Assembly: GCA_965262115.1 (NCBI GenBank)
Contig: OZ253496.1
Span: forward strand, 1,696,001 to 1,760,000
Length of the DNA: 64,000 nucleotides
Direction: 5' to 3'
DNA from: Nitrospinales bacterium
Lineage (GTDB): Bacteria > Nitrospinota > Nitrospinia > Nitrospinales > VA-1
Positions 21,645-31,719 of the stretch are shown in pieces. The translations under genes were made by a program, and so were the position numbers. Position 1 is the first letter of the stretch; each line of letters opens with the position of its first letter. The notes under the pieces are model-generated. The model had not been told where the DNA came from and ran no database searches. It was given only the letters and a program-made list of their open reading frames with translations.

Positions 21645-21757
21645 CGGTGTAGCCACCGCTGGCAAATTGCAATGTCTTTAACTTGCCCTCAATCGGCTAC
21701 TCGGCCCAACGAGTTATTGCTATCTGCATCCACGGCTAGTGGGCGCTGGCTACACCG
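21645..21757. repeat. REPIN-like dispersed element (type copy): TAGC-loop hairpins flanking a ~52-bp GCAAT...ATTGC core
   Basis: CGGTGTAGCCA ... TGGCTACACCG inverted ends; core similar to 8 or more other intergenic copies. Confidence 0.7.
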
Positions 21758-21880
21758 CGACCGGATAGAGTTTATACAATCGTGACTTTGATGGCGGTTG
21801 CCTTGATGTAACCTGTTCGTGTCTGACCATGGTTGCAAAAACCCATGGTTGGAAATAGTGCGAGACTTGGCCTTAAGAAC

Positions 21881-22048
21881 GAGACCTTTGCATAACCCAA
21901 GATTCTTCGTTGCAATAGCTCCTCAGAATGACAAAATAGCCTTTTATTGTCATGCTGAGCTAGTGATATTTGACCTTTGAATTCTTGCCCCGTAGGGGTA
22001 TCTCGAAGCATCTCGCTTTTCTGCTTTATAGACTTACGCAAAGGTCTC
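21881..22048. mobile_element. 168-bp MITE carrying an inserted ~39-nt mini-element
   Basis: TIR GAGACCTTTGCATAA / TTACGCAAAGGTCTC; perfect 9-bp TSD CTTAAGAAC. Confidence 0.92.
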
Positions 22049-22173
22049 CTTAAGAACCCGGCAAGGGGCGAGTTTAATTTAAAAATCAGACTGTTATGGA
22101 CGTAAAAAGGCTTTTATGGTAGCGTTTTACGGACAAAAGCTGAGCGACCTATAAAATAAGATGAGTCTCTTTC

Positions 22174-23531
22174 ATGAGTTACCAAATTACATTAAACACC
22201 TGGTCGGGATCGAGTAAGGCCGAGGCGGCCGAAAAGCTTGCCAGCGTGTTTCGGCTGGGTAGCGACAAGGCCATGGCTGTTGTGGATAATTTATGCCAGG
22301 GGATGCCCTGGCGTTTCGACCGGCCTATTCCCGATAGTCAGGCGGATGGTGCATCGACCTATCTTCGGAGCCTGGGGTTTGCCGTGGACATTCAATCTGT
22401 CGAAGGCGAGATCGAGCCTCTGCCTGATGCCGTTGCTGTGGAAGCGGCTCCCCAAAAAAGGAGAGCTTTGCATAACCCAAGATTCTTCGTCACCTTGCTC
22501 CTCAGAATGACAAAATGGCCCAGTATTGTCATGCTGAGCTTGTCGAAGCATCTCGGTTCTCCGATTTTTCGACTTATGCAAAGGTCTCCCAAAAAAGAGG
22601 AGGCGGGTGTCTCCACACCCGAAGACAGCTATCGGTTCAAGTTCCAGGGGGATGGTCGCATCCTTTTGAATATCAGTTTTGTCAACCTGATCAAGACAGT
22701 GTTCACTCTTGGTATTTACCGGTTCTGGGCCAAAACCAATGTCCGCCAATATATCTGGAGCCAAACTTTATTTTCAGGGGACCGTTTTTCCTACCATGGT
22801 ACTGGCAAGGAGCTAATGAAGGGGGCCATCCGGTTTGGCTCAATCTTAATACTGCTGATTTTGGCAACGGTATATGTAACCTTCAACATTGGGCCTGAGG
22901 CAGGCGAACTGGCTTCCGACTTGCTCGGTTTCATTATTCTTATTATGATTCCGGCGCTCATGGTGGGGGCCTGGAGATACCGGCTTTCTCGAACTGCCTG
23001 GCGCAATATCCGTTTTTCCTTCCGGGGGAAAAGAATGGGGGGATTTTATTAGTATTGACTTTAGGTCTTTACTGGCCGTTCTTCAAAATGAAAACTGAAA
23101 AGTTCTGGCGAGAAAATTCCTGGTTTGGGGATGTGCAGTTTCGTTTTTCCGGGACAGGAAAAGATTTTTTTGGAAAATTTATTCTCTCCATTATTCTCAC
23201 TCCGCTCACGCTGGGGGTTTATCTGTTCTGGTTCACCGCTGATTTAAAGCAGTATCTATGGTCCCATACCCATGTTGGCGGGGCGACCTTCCATTTCCCG
23301 ATAAAGGGAAAAGATTATATGAGCTTAAAGGTGGCTAATTTTTTCATTATCCTGTTTACCTTAGGGTTGGGTTTCCCCTGGGTGGTGGTCCGCAATCAGA
23401 AGTTTGTGACGGACAACCTGACTCTTGCCGGGAATATCGAATTAAACCGGATAGTCCAGGAAATGAAAGACAGTGGAGCATTTGGAGAAGAAGCTCTGGA
23501 TGCCATGGATGTTCCCATTGATATGGGTTAA
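22174..23531 (+). pseudogene. DUF898 (YjgN-family) membrane protein, split by frameshift near 23040-23055 and carrying a MITE
   Basis: ORFs 22174-23052 and 23055-23531 both carry YjgN-type repeats (TLGIY.FW, F.Y.GTG); upstream of an M48 peptidase, the usual partner. Confidence 0.78.
22461..22588. mobile_element. 128-bp MITE inside the DUF898 reading frame
   Basis: TIR GAGAGCTTTGCATAA / TTATGCAAAGGTCTC; perfect TSD CCAAAAAAG; identical to 49756-49883. Confidence 0.95.
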
Positions 23532-23822
23532 GAGCACCCCATAAAAATTACTATATTTTTCGGAGTGGTAGAGGGAGTAAAAAAGCAAGGCCTTATTCAG
23601 CCGAGCCACCGGGGGCAACTGGCAAAGACTTGCTAAGCCGAGACAACTCTTTGCACGCCAGAAAAAGCCATTGCTCATTGGCCCCACGCCTAGCCCGGAT
23701 ATTGCATGAGTATTGCTGTGCGCAGGGAGAAGGTTAGGATGAGGGGGATAATAAAGATCAAGCCTGCTTTTTTACTTGTTTACTCATGCAATATGCGGGC
23801 TAGTGGACGGCTAGGAGGCGGC

Positions 23823-24983
23823 ATGACTGCCCGAAAATTGCAATTTGCAGGTGCTTTGTTTGATGGTAAAAGCGCCGGAAAACATCCTGTCGATGTTGAA
23901 CTCACCCCACGGGAAATAATTCTCAAAAAGCCCGGCCAGAAACCGGTCCACTGGTCCTATTCCAACCTTCGATGGGCCGCAATCACGGTCAGCCCTTTTC
24001 ATATTGAACATGGCGATAACAATGACGAAAACATGGAAACCCTGGTGGTGGAAGATCCCGGTTTTTATGAAAGTGTTTTAAAGATTGCACCGGACAGTTT
24101 TTCTGCCACCGGAAAGCAAACGGATATTAACTGGAAACTTTATGCTGCGGGAATACTGTTTCTAATTTTTTCTGGGTATGGTTTTATTAAAATCATCCCT
24201 CCGTTTCTGGCCGACCGAATGGTTGATAAAATTCCTGTTGAATGGGAAATGAGCATGGGCCAGTCCATATTAAAAATGCTTCCGGTGAAGCAAGAACCCG
24301 ATCCAAAAGTCCTCAAGGTTTTGCAGGACACGGTCGACTTACTGGAACAGTCTGTCGCGGACAATCAGCCTTATGACCTGAAGATTTATATTTGGCCAAC
24401 AGAACAGGTCAATGCGTTGGCTTTGCCAGGGGGGCCGATCGTGGTCTTTGAAGGTTTGCTCAATCAGGCCGAGTCTCCCGAGGAATTAGCCGGAGTCATT
24501 GCCCATGAAATCCAGCATATCCTGCTCAGGCATTCCACCCGAGGAATTATCCGCAGCATGGCCAAAAGTATGTTGTTGAGTCTTTTCATTGGGGATGTGA
24601 ATGCTGTCATGGAAGGGATGGCCGCTCTAGTGGGAGAACTTGAAACGCTGGGATTTAGCCGGGAAATGGAAGCAGAAGCCGACCAGAAAGGCATGGAATT
24701 GATCCTTTCCGCCAATATTGATCCGCATGGAATGATTCGAATTTTTGAAAAGCTGATGCAAGAGGAGTCCGAGGATTTGCCGAAGGAAAAAACCGCTTCC
24801 AAAAAAAACGATATGGAACTTTCTTCTTATTTTTCCACCCATCCCTCCGGCCAGAACCGGCTGGCCCGGTTGGAGAAGCAGATGAAGCCTCATGAAGACA
24901 GAACATGGACGCCTCTTTTTCCAAACCTGGACTGGAACGAAATAAAGCCTGGAAATAGAACCCTTCAGCAACCCGGCCCTTGA
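23823..24983 (+). CDS. M48-family zinc metallopeptidase
   Basis: AGGAGG RBS before ATG 23823; NALALPGG, HEIQH, FSREMEAEAD, STHP. Confidence 0.9.
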   Translation: MTARKLQFAGALFDGKSAGKHPVDVELTPREIILKKPGQKPVHWSYSNLRWAAITVSPFHIEHGDNNDENMETLVVEDPGFYESVLKIAPDSFSATGKQTDINWKLYAAGILFLIFSGYGFIKIIPPFLADRMVDKIPVEWEMSMGQSILKMLPVKQEPDPKVLKVLQDTVDLLEQSVADNQPYDLKIYIWPTEQVNALALPGGPIVVFEGLLNQAESPEELAGVIAHEIQHILLRHSTRGIIRSMAKSMLLSLFIGDVNAVMEGMAALVGELETLGFSREMEAEADQKGMELILSANIDPHGMIRIFEKLMQEESEDLPKEKTASKKNDMELSSYFSTHPSGQNRLARLEKQMKPHEDRTWTPLFPNLDWNEIKPGNRTLQQPGP

Positions 24984-25079
24984 TCAGGTTTAAAGATTCC
25001 TTTACGGTGACCATAGAATGCAGTCTTGTTGGGAGGAGTTTTTTGAGCTATAAAATTGATGAACCAGAGGTGGAAAAAA

Positions 25080-26048
25080 ATGATCGTCGTTACGGGAGGC
25101 GCAGGATTCATAGGCAGTGCTTTGGTGCACGGGCTTAATCAGAAAGAGGTTGAGGATATCTGGGTGGTGGATGATGTGGACCACCCTGAAAAACAGAAGA
25201 ACCTTGATGCTCTTACCTGTTCGCGATGGATGGGTAAGGATGAATTTTTGCGGGAAGTCGCAGGGTTAAGGCTTCCGGCGTGTTCAGCGATCCTGCATAT
25301 GGGGGCCTGTTCATCCACGACGGAGACCAATGAAGCCTATCTGCGGGAAAATAATTTTGAGTACACGCAATCCCTTGCTCAATTCTGCCTGAAAAAGGAT
25401 GTGCGTTTTATCTATGCTTCCAGTGCCGCAACTTATGGGGCGGGAGAGAACGGGTACTCCGATGACGAATCCCATCTGGAAACATTGGTTCCTCTCAATC
25501 TTTATGGGGCCAGCAAGCAATGGTTCGACCTGTGGGCCAAAGAGGTGGGCGCGTTGAAGACCATCGTGGGGCTGAAATATTTTAACGTATTCGGTCCGAA
25601 TGAATACCATAAAGGGGATATGCAAAGCATGGTCCGAAAGGGATTTTTGCAGGCGCGCGATGCGGGCGCTCTGAATCTTTTTAAATCCTGCAAGCCCGAA
25701 TATGGCGATGGGGGGCAGGAAAGGGATTTCTTATATGTGCACGATGCGGTGGCAATGACCTTATTTTTTCTGGAGCATAAGGGAATTGGGGGAATCTTTA
25801 ATATCGGGTCGGGCAGGGCGAGAAACTGGAATGATCTGGCTTCCGCTGTCTTCCAGGCGATGAATAAAAAAGTGAATATTAAATATATAGAGATGCCCGA
25901 ATCTATCCGAAACCAATATCAGTATCACACCTGTGCTGAAATGGAGAAAATTCGCTCAGCGGGATATGCTGAAACGATCATTTCTTTAGAAGAAGGAATT
26001 TCAGATTACGTCAAAAACTACCTGATTCCTGACAAGCACCTTGAGTAA
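25080..26048 (+). CDS. hldD: ADP-L-glycero-D-manno-heptose-6-epimerase
   Basis: MIVVTGGAGFIGS, HMGACSSTTE, YASSAATYG, YFNVFGPNEYHKG. Confidence 0.93.
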   Translation: MIVVTGGAGFIGSALVHGLNQKEVEDIWVVDDVDHPEKQKNLDALTCSRWMGKDEFLREVAGLRLPACSAILHMGACSSTTETNEAYLRENNFEYTQSLAQFCLKKDVRFIYASSAATYGAGENGYSDDESHLETLVPLNLYGASKQWFDLWAKEVGALKTIVGLKYFNVFGPNEYHKGDMQSMVRKGFLQARDAGALNLFKSCKPEYGDGGQERDFLYVHDAVAMTLFFLEHKGIGGIFNIGSGRARNWNDLASAVFQAMNKKVNIKYIEMPESIRNQYQYHTCAEMEKIRSAGYAETIISLEEGISDYVKNYLIPDKHLE

Positions 26049-26075
26049 TCCCGATTTTGCGGAGACTGTGGGGGG

Positions 26076-27545
26076 TCAACTGGCTTTGTGTTTTTCCAGG
26101 ATTTTTTCCAGGGTTTGTGTGGTGGAATGGCCCTGGACAATGGGAATGATCTCAACTTTTGCCCCGTAGCCTTCAACGATTTCCCGGCCGACAACGTCAT
26201 CGATTTTATAGTCGTCTCCTTTTACCAGAATATCAGGCCTTATTTCTCGGATGAGTTTTTCGGGAGTGGTTTCATCAAACAGGGTGATGTAGTCGATATA
26301 TTTTAAAGCCGAAAGAATATTGGCGCGTTCTTTTTCAGATTTAATGGGCCGGTTTTCCCCTTTTAATTTTTTAACGGACTGATCAGTATTGAGTCCGACT
26401 ACAAGAATATCCCCAAAGGCTTTTGCTTTTTGCAGGAACTCGATATGTCCCCCGTGGATAATGTCGAAACAACCATTGGTGAACACCACCTTTTTTTCCG
26501 TGCTCTTTGCAAGGCCGATGATTTTTTTCAGCTCTTCGAGCCCAAGAACGGTATGAGAGGTGCGTAGCATCTCTTCGTGCAGAAATTCGTTAATTTCTTC
26601 CAGGGTCACGACAGCGGTTCCCACTTTTCCGACAACAACACTGGCGGCCATATTTGAAAGCCATGCGGCTTCCTCAAAATTGAAACCCACAAACACTGCC
26701 ATACCAAAGACACTGATGACCGTGTCTCCGGCACCGGTAACATCAAAGACTTCTTTGGCTACGGTGGGGATGGATATGAGTTTCTCCTTGTTTTGATAGA
26801 GCGACATGCCGTCTTTCCCCTGTGTGATCAGGATGGCCTGTGCCTTCGTCAGGTTCAAAATGTATTCGGCGGCCCGGCCCAGGTCTTCTTTATCCTTGAT
26901 TTTGATGGGAACTGAGAGAGCGACCTCCCTTAAATTGGGGGTGATGACGGTGGCGCCTTTGTATAAGGAGAAATCTGAGCTTTTAGGGTCGACGATGACA
27001 GGTTTTTTAGATTTCTGAGCCCGGTGCATAATCGCCTTAATGACTTTTTCAGTCAGAATGCCTTTATGGTAATCGGAGCAGATAATCCCATCTATTCCGG
27101 GAATAGTCTGATTGATATACTGAATCAACTTTTTTTCAGTTCCTTCGGTGATGGGACGGTTGTCTTCCTTGTCGACTCGCAAAATCTGCTGGTTATGGGC
27201 GATGATCCTCATTTTGGAAGTCGTGGGACGATGGACGAACCGGAAAATTCCTTCCGTTTGAATAGAACGGTCATGGATGGTTTGTAAAAGTTTATCGCCC
27301 TTTTCATCCTGTCCGATGGCGCCGCAAAGATGGACTTCGCATCCGAGACCCACAAGGTTATTGGAGACATTGGCGGCCCCGCCCAAAGCCAGGTTTTCGG
27401 AGCGCGTTTCCAGGATGGGAACGGGAGCCTCGGGAGAGATGCGATGCACTCCTCCCCAGATGTATTCATCCAGTATCAAATCGCCGACAACGAGAATTTT
27501 TGGCCGCTCATTGCTGTTGAAAAAAAATTTAAACTTTTCTTTCAT
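26076..27545 (-). CDS. hldE: Bifunctional heptose 7-phosphate kinase / heptose 1-phosphate adenylyltransferase
   Basis: RISPEAPVP, DVTGAGDT (PfkB) plus FTNGCFDIIHGGH (nucleotidyltransferase). Confidence 0.95.
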   Translation of the reverse strand: MKEKFKFFFNSNERPKILVVGDLILDEYIWGGVHRISPEAPVPILETRSENLALGGAANVSNNLVGLGCEVHLCGAIGQDEKGDKLLQTIHDRSIQTEGIFRFVHRPTTSKMRIIAHNQQILRVDKEDNRPITEGTEKKLIQYINQTIPGIDGIICSDYHKGILTEKVIKAIMHRAQKSKKPVIVDPKSSDFSLYKGATVITPNLREVALSVPIKIKDKEDLGRAAEYILNLTKAQAILITQGKDGMSLYQNKEKLISIPTVAKEVFDVTGAGDTVISVFGMAVFVGFNFEEAAWLSNMAASVVVGKVGTAVVTLEEINEFLHEEMLRTSHTVLGLEELKKIIGLAKSTEKKVVFTNGCFDIIHGGHIEFLQKAKAFGDILVVGLNTDQSVKKLKGENRPIKSEKERANILSALKYIDYITLFDETTPEKLIREIRPDILVKGDDYKIDDVVGREIVEGYGAKVEIIPIVQGHSTTQTLEKILEKHKAS

Positions 27546-28106
27546 TTACAAATCTTCTTCAATAAGTTCACAAATGATATGCCCGATGGTTATATGCACT
27601 TCCTGAATTCTCGCCGTATCGTTGGAAGGAACGACGATAGATAAATTCGCGATCTCTTTTATTTTACCCCCATTGTTGCCCACCAGTCCAATGGTCTCTG
27701 CACCGAGGGCATTGGCCTTTTTCAAGGCTCTCACAACATTTTCCGAGTTGCCGCTGGTGCTGATTCCCACCACTGCGTCGTTTTCATGGGCCAGGGCTTC
27801 GAGTTGTCTTTCAAAAATTGTGTCAAAACCATAATCATTTCCCAGAGCAGTTAATGAAGAGGTGTCGACCGTGAGGGCGATTGCGGACATGGCCCGGCGT
27901 TCTTTTTTGAATCTCCCGACCAGTTCCGCAGCGATATGCTGGCAGTCGGCCGCGCTTCCGCCGTTGCCCATTAATATCAGTTTCCCTCCTTTATCAAGGC
28001 AGGACTTGATACGATTTGCCGCCTCCAGAATATCGCCTGAAAGGGTATCGGCGACCTTTTTTTTCAATTCGGCGCTGGAATAAAGAAAATCTTTAACGCG
28101 TTGCAT
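27546..28106 (-). CDS. gmhA: Phosphoheptose isomerase
   Basis: GNGGSAADCQH, GNDYG, ISTSGNS, RIQEVH. Confidence 0.95.
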   Translation of the reverse strand: MQRVKDFLYSSAELKKKVADTLSGDILEAANRIKSCLDKGGKLILMGNGGSAADCQHIAAELVGRFKKERRAMSAIALTVDTSSLTALGNDYGFDTIFERQLEALAHENDAVVGISTSGNSENVVRALKKANALGAETIGLVGNNGGKIKEIANLSIVVPSNDTARIQEVHITIGHIICELIEEDL

Positions 28107-28240
28107 AGGTCTCCGTGGTGCTAAAAAATTAAATGTACAACCCCGCCGCAAGCGGACCGGGAATCCTAACGAAAGTGTTATTTTAAAAAACGTGGCAAGC
28201 CACAGGGAATAAAACCCGATTGTGGGATTCGTAAAACATC

Positions 28241-28960
28241 TTACATTATACAGGTACTATTATACAGCAAGCCTTCATCGGCAAAACTAAAAAACCCATT
28301 GCCTCCGATAATAATGTGGTCAACCATAGGAATTCCGACAATTTTTCCGGTTTGGTTGAGCCGGTGGGTGATTTCAAAGTCTTTCTGGCTGGGAGTGGGG
28401 TCCCCGCTTGGGTGGTTATGGATTAAGGCGAAGGATGCCGCAGATTCCCGGATCGCCGGGATCATGACCTCCCTGGGGTGGACAATGCTGGCATTCAAAC
28501 TTCCTTCCGATATAGTCAGGTCTTTAATAAATTGCAGCTTGGGGTCCAGGAGTACGATCTTTACAATTTCCTTTTTCAGATTTTTCAAAAAAGAGGAGAA
28601 CTGTTCCACAAAATCCTGGCTGGACTTTAATTTTATTTTCATGCCTGTTGGTTTTGCAGCCATGCGCTTTCCCACTTCCAACGCGGCTTTGATTTGTGCC
28701 GCTTTGGCGGCACCGATGCCTTTTACCTGACACATTTCGGTGACCGTTGCCTGATCCAGATTTTCCAGGGTGCCGAACACGCTAAGCAAATCCCGGCTCA
28801 AGTCCACCGCGTTTTTTTTGGCGCGTCGATCCCCGGACCCGATGAGGATTCCCAACAGATGTGCGTCCGACAAGGTACTGCTACCATATTTGATCAATCT
28901 TTCACGCGGACGCTCATCTTCCGGCCAGTACTTTATCGCAGACTTGTTTTTTCCTGGCAT
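28241..28960 (-). CDS. radC: RadC / UPF0758 JAB-domain protein
   Basis: ERPRERL, HhH motif GIGAAKA, VHPRE, HNHPSGDPTPS, DHIIIG. Confidence 0.93.
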   Translation of the reverse strand: MPGKNKSAIKYWPEDERPRERLIKYGSSTLSDAHLLGILIGSGDRRAKKNAVDLSRDLLSVFGTLENLDQATVTEMCQVKGIGAAKAAQIKAALEVGKRMAAKPTGMKIKLKSSQDFVEQFSSFLKNLKKEIVKIVLLDPKLQFIKDLTISEGSLNASIVHPREVMIPAIRESAASFALIHNHPSGDPTPSQKDFEITHRLNQTGKIVGIPMVDHIIIGGNGFFSFADEGLLYNSTCIM

Positions 28961-28985
28961 GTCAACATCCCGGATTTCAGATTTT

Positions 28986-29921
28986 TCAGCTAAGCAGATG
29001 TTCTTTGAAATATTTCAGAGTCGATTGCAAACCCTCGTCCAGACTGACTACAGGTTCCCAGTTTAAATGTTTTCTGGCGCGGGTGATATCGGGCTGCCGG
29101 ATTTTTGGATCATCTTCCGGTAAGGGAACGTAAATTATCTTACTCTCGCTGTGAGTCGCTTGCAAAATTTTATCGGCCATTTCTTTAACCGTCATTTCAT
29201 TTGGGTTGCCAATATTAATGGGATAATTCTGGTCTGACATCAGCAGGCGATAGAGGCCTTCAACGAGATCCGACACGAAACAGAAACTTCGTGTCTGTGA
29301 GCCTTCCCCGTAGACCGTTAAATCTTTTCCCGTGAGAGCCTGTTTCAAAAAATTAGGAATGGCCCGACCGTCATTGACCCGCATGCGTGGTCCATAGGTA
29401 TTAAAAATACGGACGATCTTGGTGTTGACCCCATGTGTCCTGTGGTAAGCCATGGTGATGGCTTCGGCAAATCGTTTGGCTTCGTCATAGACACCGCGTG
29501 GGCCAACGGGGTTCACGTTTCCCCAATACTCTTCAGGTTGCGGGTGGATCAAGGGGTCGCCATAACCTTCAGAGGTGGAAGCAAGAAGAAAAGTGGCCTT
29601 TTTGGCTTTTGCCAGACCGAGGGCATTATGCGTACCCAGCGCGCCAACTTTGAGAGTTTGAATGGGAAGCTCCAAATAGTCAATAGGACTGGCAGGGGAT
29701 GCGAAATGAAGAATATAATCCAACTTGCCTTCCAGGTTGATATATTCGGAGACATTGTGTTCCACAAATTGAAACTTCTCGCTTTTTAAACCGGATATAT
29801 TATCTCTGGAACCAGTGATAAGATTATCCATGCAGACCACCTCATGGCCTTTATCGAGAAAGTATTCGCATAAATGCGAACCCAGAAAACCTGCGCCGCC
29901 TGTGACCAATGTTCTTGGCAT
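28986..29921 (-). CDS. UDP-glucuronate decarboxylase-like SDR epimerase/dehydratase
   Basis: [40 protein letters not shown]. Confidence 0.88.
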   Translation of the reverse strand: MPRTLVTGGAGFLGSHLCEYFLDKGHEVVCMDNLITGSRDNISGLKSEKFQFVEHNVSEYINLEGKLDYILHFASPASPIDYLELPIQTLKVGALGTHNALGLAKAKKATFLLASTSEGYGDPLIHPQPEEYWGNVNPVGPRGVYDEAKRFAEAITMAYHRTHGVNTKIVRIFNTYGPRMRVNDGRAIPNFLKQALTGKDLTVYGEGSQTRSFCFVSDLVEGLYRLLMSDQNYPINIGNPNEMTVKEMADKILQATHSESKIIYVPLPEDDPKIRQPDITRARKHLNWEPVVSLDEGLQSTLKYFKEHLLS

Positions 29922-29928
29922 ATTCACC

Positions 29929-30876
29929 TCATGATTGATTTGGAACCGGATCAAACAGAGTTCCCCGTTCAACTTTATTGCCAGCTAGAAAACTTTTAGC
30001 CGACATACTTTTTTTACCTTCTGGTTGCAGTTCGGTGATGACCAGTCGTCCTTGCCCGGTGCCCACCTCAATGCCCATATCGGAAACTCGGGCAACCTTT
30101 CCCGGCATGTCATCGGAAACTCCCTCAGCGATCTGAACTTTTAATATTCGTAACCGTTTCTTGTTTAGCAAAGTGAAGGTTCCCGGCCATGGGGTCAGGC
30201 CCCGAACCTGATTCGAAAGAGTGGTGGCAGACTGCTCCCATTTGATCAGGCCTTCTTCTTTTTTCAGTTTGGCCGCATATGTGGCTTGGTTGTGATCCTG
30301 TGGGACAGGCAGCAGCGTATTTTCTTCAAGCCTCTTGAGGGTCTCCATTACCAGAGTCCCCCCAATTTCAGACAAGGTGTCGTGCAGGGTTTGTGCGTTA
30401 TCGGTTACATGGATAGGAGTTTCTTGCCTGAGCAGAATGTCTCCGGTATCCATGCCTTTATCCATAATCATGGTGGTGACTCCCGATTTGGTATCGCCGT
30501 TAAGAATGGACCGATGAATGGGAGCCGCCCCTCGGTATTTAGGTAAAAGCGAGGAATGGAGGTTAATGCAGAACTGCTTGGGAATTTCAAGAAAGGTCTC
30601 ACTCAATATTTGTCCGAAAGCGACCACGATAATTATGTCCGGCCGATTTTTTTTAAATGACTCGATAAACTCTGGGTCATTCACCGTTTCAGGTTGCAGT
30701 ATGGGAAGGTTAGAGTCCAACGCATACTGTTTGATTGGGGAAACAAGAAGTTTCTGTCCCCGGCCCTTCGGCTTGTCGGGCTGGGTGATGACGGTCAGTA
30801 CGGAATGTGAAGAATGGTGCAGGACCTTAAGGGTTGGAAGCGCAAATTCCGGCGTTCCCATAAACACAATATTCAT
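29929..30876 (-). CDS. fmt: Methionyl-tRNA formyltransferase
   Basis: [28 protein letters not shown] overlap with def. Confidence 0.96.
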   Translation of the reverse strand: MNIVFMGTPEFALPTLKVLHHSSHSVLTVITQPDKPKGRGQKLLVSPIKQYALDSNLPILQPETVNDPEFIESFKKNRPDIIIVVAFGQILSETFLEIPKQFCINLHSSLLPKYRGAAPIHRSILNGDTKSGVTTMIMDKGMDTGDILLRQETPIHVTDNAQTLHDTLSEIGGTLVMETLKRLEENTLLPVPQDHNQATYAAKLKKEEGLIKWEQSATTLSNQVRGLTPWPGTFTLLNKKRLRILKVQIAEGVSDDMPGKVARVSDMGIEVGTGQGRLVITELQPEGKKSMSAKSFLAGNKVERGTLFDPVPNQS

Positions 30877-31385
30877 GCATCCTGCTCTTTGATTTTCTTT
30901 TTGAATTTTCGTTTTAGAATATCCCGTTTTACTTTTCCCAAGTTGTCCCAAAAAAGAACGCCGTTTAAATGATCCATTTCATGTTGAAAGGCTCGCGCCA
31001 GGTACCCTTCGGCTTCATAGCGGACTTCGTTTCCATCGAGATCGTAGCCCTTGATTTCAATCTGGCTGGCCCGGGTCACTTCTGCCATCACATCAGGAAT
31101 ACTCAGGCAACCTTCCTCCCCGAGTTCACTGCCCTCCATAGACGTTATTTCCGGATTGATCACGGTCACCAGGTTTTCTTTATCGGTTTCGACACCGATG
31201 TTTATCACAAACAAGCGCCAGGGCAACCCGATCTGGTTGGCAGCAAGCCCGACTCCCGGAGCGGCGAGGGTGGTTTCCACCATATTTCCCGCAAGGGTGA
31301 CCAGCTCGCCATCAATATCATCAATGGGCAGGCACATTTTCCTTAAAACAGGGTCGAGGCAGTTTTTTATTTCCAGCAAAGCCAT
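30873..31385 (-). CDS. def: Peptide deformylase
   Basis: GVGLAANQ, EGCLS, QHEMDH. Confidence 0.97.
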   Translation of the reverse strand: MALLEIKNCLDPVLRKMCLPIDDIDGELVTLAGNMVETTLAAPGVGLAANQIGLPWRLFVINIGVETDKENLVTVINPEITSMEGSELGEEGCLSIPDVMAEVTRASQIEIKGYDLDGNEVRYEAEGYLARAFQHEMDHLNGVLFWDNLGKVKRDILKRKFKKKIKEQDA

Positions 31386-31466
31386 GTTTATAAACCTTAT
31401 CGGTCATCCACCGAGATATCAGTAATCACTGGTCAATTTTAATACAGAATGGAACCCGTATCCAGC

Positions 31467-31719
31467 CCCACTCGGCGTGGCCAGCGTGACGCTGGACCCA
31501 ATGAGCAAGAAGTGATCTTGATTTTTTCTGGCTCCGCGCCGAGCGGTCAGCGACCGAGGGCAGATAGTAAGAGCGTATAAGGCCGAGACATCTCTTTTTT
31601 TGCCAGCAGAGTCATGCTCATTGTACCCCTCCTACCCCTTTGGGGCATGAGACAAGTGAAGAAATATCACAGGCTCATGAAAACTAATGAGGGGGTATCA
31701 CAGCCCCACGCCGAGTGGG
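31467..31719. repeat. Composite repeat block bounded by 14-bp inverted repeats, containing a REPIN-like core and two nested mini-elements
   Basis: CCCACTCGGCGTGG ... CCACGCCGAGTGGG; core 31567-31617; mini-elements 31624-31701 and 31633-31670. Confidence 0.7.

Noticed and set aside
28241..28960. radC as a marker of a mobile island
   Set aside because: Full-length chromosomal form embedded in the def-fmt housekeeping run; no integrase or att sites nearby.
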